This document shows positions 61,596-64,000 of a stretch of DNA of 64,000 nt, piece after piece. This stretch comes from an uncultured Nitrososphaerota archaeon (lineage in GTDB: Archaea > Asgardarchaeota > Njordarchaeia > Njordarchaeales > Njordarchaeaceae): positions 1 to 64,000 of the forward strand of contig CAZFGR010000002.1 of assembly GCA_964518475.1 (NCBI GenBank), in the 5' to 3' direction. The notes beneath the pieces are model-generated. The model ran no database searches and was not told the DNA's origin. It saw nothing but the letters and a program-made list of their open reading frames with translations. Both the position numbers and the translations under genes were made by a program. The first letter of the stretch is position 1. The number at the start of each line of letters is the position of its first letter.

Positions 61596-63254
61596 ATGCT
61601 TACCAAGCGATTAGTCTTTACTTTATGTTTACTGTTTATAACTGCTTCTCTACTCCGCCCTTATTACATTGTTCTCGGATCTCTTGGAGAATTATCTTAT
61701 GTGAAAATCACAGATTACTCACCAATTAATGCAACCATTAAGTGGTTGAGACGGGATCTAGGAAGAGATTTAGAATCTCCTCCATTGGTTTGTGATGTTA
61801 ACAATGATGGGTCACAAGAAGTCATCGTTGCTGGAAGAACTGTAGATAATAAGTGTAATGTATGGGCATTCGATCTTGAGACTGGATCCATTGTATGGCA
61901 TACTATACTTCCGGAAATTCCAATCCTTCCAGCTTTATCTACTAGTGATTTAAATGGTGACGGATTTCTAGACATACTTGTTCGAACTGAGAACAAGATC
62001 TTTATTTTAAATGGAAGCGATGGAAGCGTAGAGTTCACTTTAAGTACCACTGCTTATTCCGTCGCTCCCTTCATAGATATTAATAACGACGGATTTAGAG
62101 AAATCGTTGTTGCTGAGACACACAGACTAGTCGTCTTTAGTGGTCTGGATGGTTCCGTTTTATGGAGTTTTAGACTTGATGGTCGCTTTGGTGCGTTTGC
62201 CTTCGCTGACGTTGATGGTAATGGTTTGTGGGAGATTATTGTTGCTTATGACTCTAATGGATCGCATCCCTTCACTCTTCCCGATACTCTTCTCGTTTTT
62301 TCTTCTGATGGGAGGTTGTTGAGGGGTATTAATCTTGGGCTTAAGGGTGGGGATTATATTATTTCTGAGCCCCTTATAGTTGATGTTAATGGGGATGGGT
62401 TGCTCGATGTTGTTTTATCATCGATTTACAATTGTCTCGCGGTTGATCTCTTCTCCGGGAGGGTGTTGTGGAGGCTTAACTATCTAGACTGCCTAGACGA
62501 GGTTTCAAGGACTTACGTTACGTGGACCTTCGGCGTTTTCCCATCTATCGGCGATATCAACTCTGATGGAGAGTTAGAAATCTTAATAGCCTCTAGATTT
62601 CTAATGTTTATTATTAGTTCTGACGGTGAGCTTTCATACTATGCAATGCTTCCCGAGTCTAATTTCTTATACGAGGGCTTTGGCGCTATCGGCGACGTCG
62701 ACGGCGATAACCGATGCGAGATAGTGATCGGAGGAATTACCACAATCTGGATATTTGACTGGGATGATAAGAGATTTTACTCTATCCCTATTGGCTGGGA
62801 ACAAAATGCTAAACCAGCGACACTGGTGGATATTGATGGGGACTCCGACGTGGACATATTAGTGGCTGGCCAAGATAGACTTTACGCTTTCGACTTATTA
62901 AGTAGTGGCTTTAGAATAGATTTTCCATTCCCCTCTATTAATGGTTCCTACATTGGCAACTATATGTTAATTGACCCCGACCTAGATGGATTATCCACAT
63001 ATTCTGAGAAACTCGTTGGTACTGATCCATATTCTTATGACAGTGACGGTGACGGATATAATGATGGATATGAAGTAGCGAATAACATGAATCCACTAAA
63101 ATTTGACGAGAGACCCCCCTCGCCTCCTCCTAAATCACCTATAAGTCTTTATCTCCAGATTGCTACAATAGTTGGGGTTTCTACCATCGGATTAATAGTA
63201 GTGATAGCATATATTAGATCAAAAAAGAAGTTAAGTAAACATTTGATGAGTTAG
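61596..63254 (+). CDS. Membrane-anchored FG-GAP/VCBS-like beta-propeller protein with TSP3-like Ca-binding repeats
   Basis: Eight DxN/DxDG..E/D-I/V repeats, D.D.DGL...E...GTDP...DSDGDG, Pro-rich linker, C-terminal TM and basic tail, N-terminal signal. Confidence 0.85.
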   Translation: MLTKRLVFTLCLLFITASLLRPYYIVLGSLGELSYVKITDYSPINATIKWLRRDLGRDLESPPLVCDVNNDGSQEVIVAGRTVDNKCNVWAFDLETGSIVWHTILPEIPILPALSTSDLNGDGFLDILVRTENKIFILNGSDGSVEFTLSTTAYSVAPFIDINNDGFREIVVAETHRLVVFSGLDGSVLWSFRLDGRFGAFAFADVDGNGLWEIIVAYDSNGSHPFTLPDTLLVFSSDGRLLRGINLGLKGGDYIISEPLIVDVNGDGLLDVVLSSIYNCLAVDLFSGRVLWRLNYLDCLDEVSRTYVTWTFGVFPSIGDINSDGELEILIASRFLMFIISSDGELSYYAMLPESNFLYEGFGAIGDVDGDNRCEIVIGGITTIWIFDWDDKRFYSIPIGWEQNAKPATLVDIDGDSDVDILVAGQDRLYAFDLLSSGFRIDFPFPSINGSYIGNYMLIDPDLDGLSTYSEKLVGTDPYSYDSDGDGYNDGYEVANNMNPLKFDERPPSPPPKSPISLYLQIATIVGVSTIGLIVVIAYIRSKKKLSKHLMS

Positions 63255-63352
63255 CCTATTCACCACATAATAGAAAAATCACTTTGATAATCTTCTTTCT
63301 TTTTATGCCATATTTTAGTCTCTTAATTGAAGAATTTTTACGCAGAGATGCA

Positions 63353-64000
63353 CTACTCGTAATATCCGATTAGTTGTGAGAGTATTTTTGAGTATCTAAA
63401 CCCTATGACTGGTAGTTTTTTCTTTCTTGCTGTCTCGATTGCTAGTATCTGGTAATATATTGTAGCGATTATTGCTATGTTGAACTCATCCATTTGTGGT
63501 AGCTCTACTACTCTGCCACTCCACCTTGTCTCGGTATCATTCGTTAGTATTACTGGTTTGGCCTTGATACTGTTTAGTGCTTCTGATAATGCTCTCATCT
63601 TTGAAATACTCTCGCCTTTAAAAGCGTTTAGAAAAACTATATCGCCTTGATCTATGGAGATCATCCCATAATGCGAGAATTCCTCGGCCTCGAATGGTAT
63701 AGAGTGAAGCCAGGCAGCCTCTCTCAATTTTGCACCTCCGAAGAGTGCGGATACGAATCCTGGCCCTGCACCAACTAGGTAAGCATAAGATTTCTTCACT
63801 AGCATTTCTGCATCTTTACTAGCTTGCGCGAGGAGAGTACGCATATTTGATTCTATCCATTTAATCAATGACTCAGCACTACCGATTCTTACTCCGCCTA
63901 GTTCTCTAGTTAACATGTTTAGGGAGAGCATAGCTGTCGTACTTGTAGCTGATGGAGGACCAAAAGGCTTAGTTACTTGAGTTTCTATACATAGATCCAA
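63353..64000 (-). CDS. SIS-domain protein (GlmS/FrlB/AgaS-like), 5'-truncated by the window edge
   Basis: GAGP...A..G..KLREA, EEFSH, second-SIS-domain pattern. Confidence 0.8.
   Translation of the reverse strand: MDLCIETQVTKPFGPPSATSTTAMLSLNMLTRELGGVRIGSAESLIKWIESNMRTLLAQASKDAEMLVKKSYAYLVGAGPGFVSALFGGAKLREAAWLHSIPFEAEEFSHYGMISIDQGDIVFLNAFKGESISKMRALSEALNSIKAKPVILTNDTETRWSGRVVELPQMDEFNIAIIATIYYQILAIETARKKKLPVIGFRYSKILSQLIGYYE

Noticed and set aside
136-63000. Numerous 60-140 aa ORFs antisense to or overlapping well-supported genes (e.g. 379-678, 14493-14909, 19604-20038, 26736-27116, 50008-50325)
   Set aside because: Shadow ORFs of real genes, with no motifs or SD sites.
1-64000. CRISPR arrays, tRNA/rRNA genes, canonical inteins
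   Set aside because: No repeat-spacer array, cloverleaf, long GC-rich RNA gene or C...HN intein signature was seen by eye.

Overview
Gene-dense, low-GC (roughly 35-40% by eye) archaeal DNA, probably from a thermophilic TACK/Asgard-like lineage. Evidence for this: GGTGA/GGAGG Shine-Dalgarno motifs, PaREP1 genes, paired PurP and PurF, and a C/D-box sRNA; the taxon itself is inference. 1-6.7 kb: a catabolic locus with the tail of a PTS EIIB-like gene (missed by the ORF track), a DHDPS-family aldolase, creatininase, phosphotriesterase-family hydrolase, FAH-family and SIS proteins, HPr and an M20 amidohydrolase. PTS Enzyme I lies at 20.4 kb, so the window holds most of a bacterial-type PTS, which is rare in archaea. 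7-20 kb: Fpg/Nei glycosylase with Thr in place of the catalytic Pro2, a glycoprotein, a K+-independent H+-PPase and assorted enzymes. 22-40 kb: a peptidase-rich block (two TldD/TldE pairs, prolyl oligopeptidase, beta-lactamase-fold peptidase), VapBC, transporters and a B12 radical SAM enzyme. 41.1 kb: C/D-box sRNA. 41.5-56.4 kb: guaA divergent from purC-S-Q-L-F-F'-D-T-E-M-P-P', with repeated TTAACA-N6-TGTTAA palindromes between them. 56.5-64 kb: PaREP1 pair, decayed MNT and IS5-like transposase, a perfect 37-bp palindrome over the start of a secreted protein with an apparent Cys-initiated inserted domain, an FG-GAP surface protein, and a partial SIS protein. No tRNA, rRNA or CRISPR array was seen. 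All family calls are from motif recognition, not database searches.
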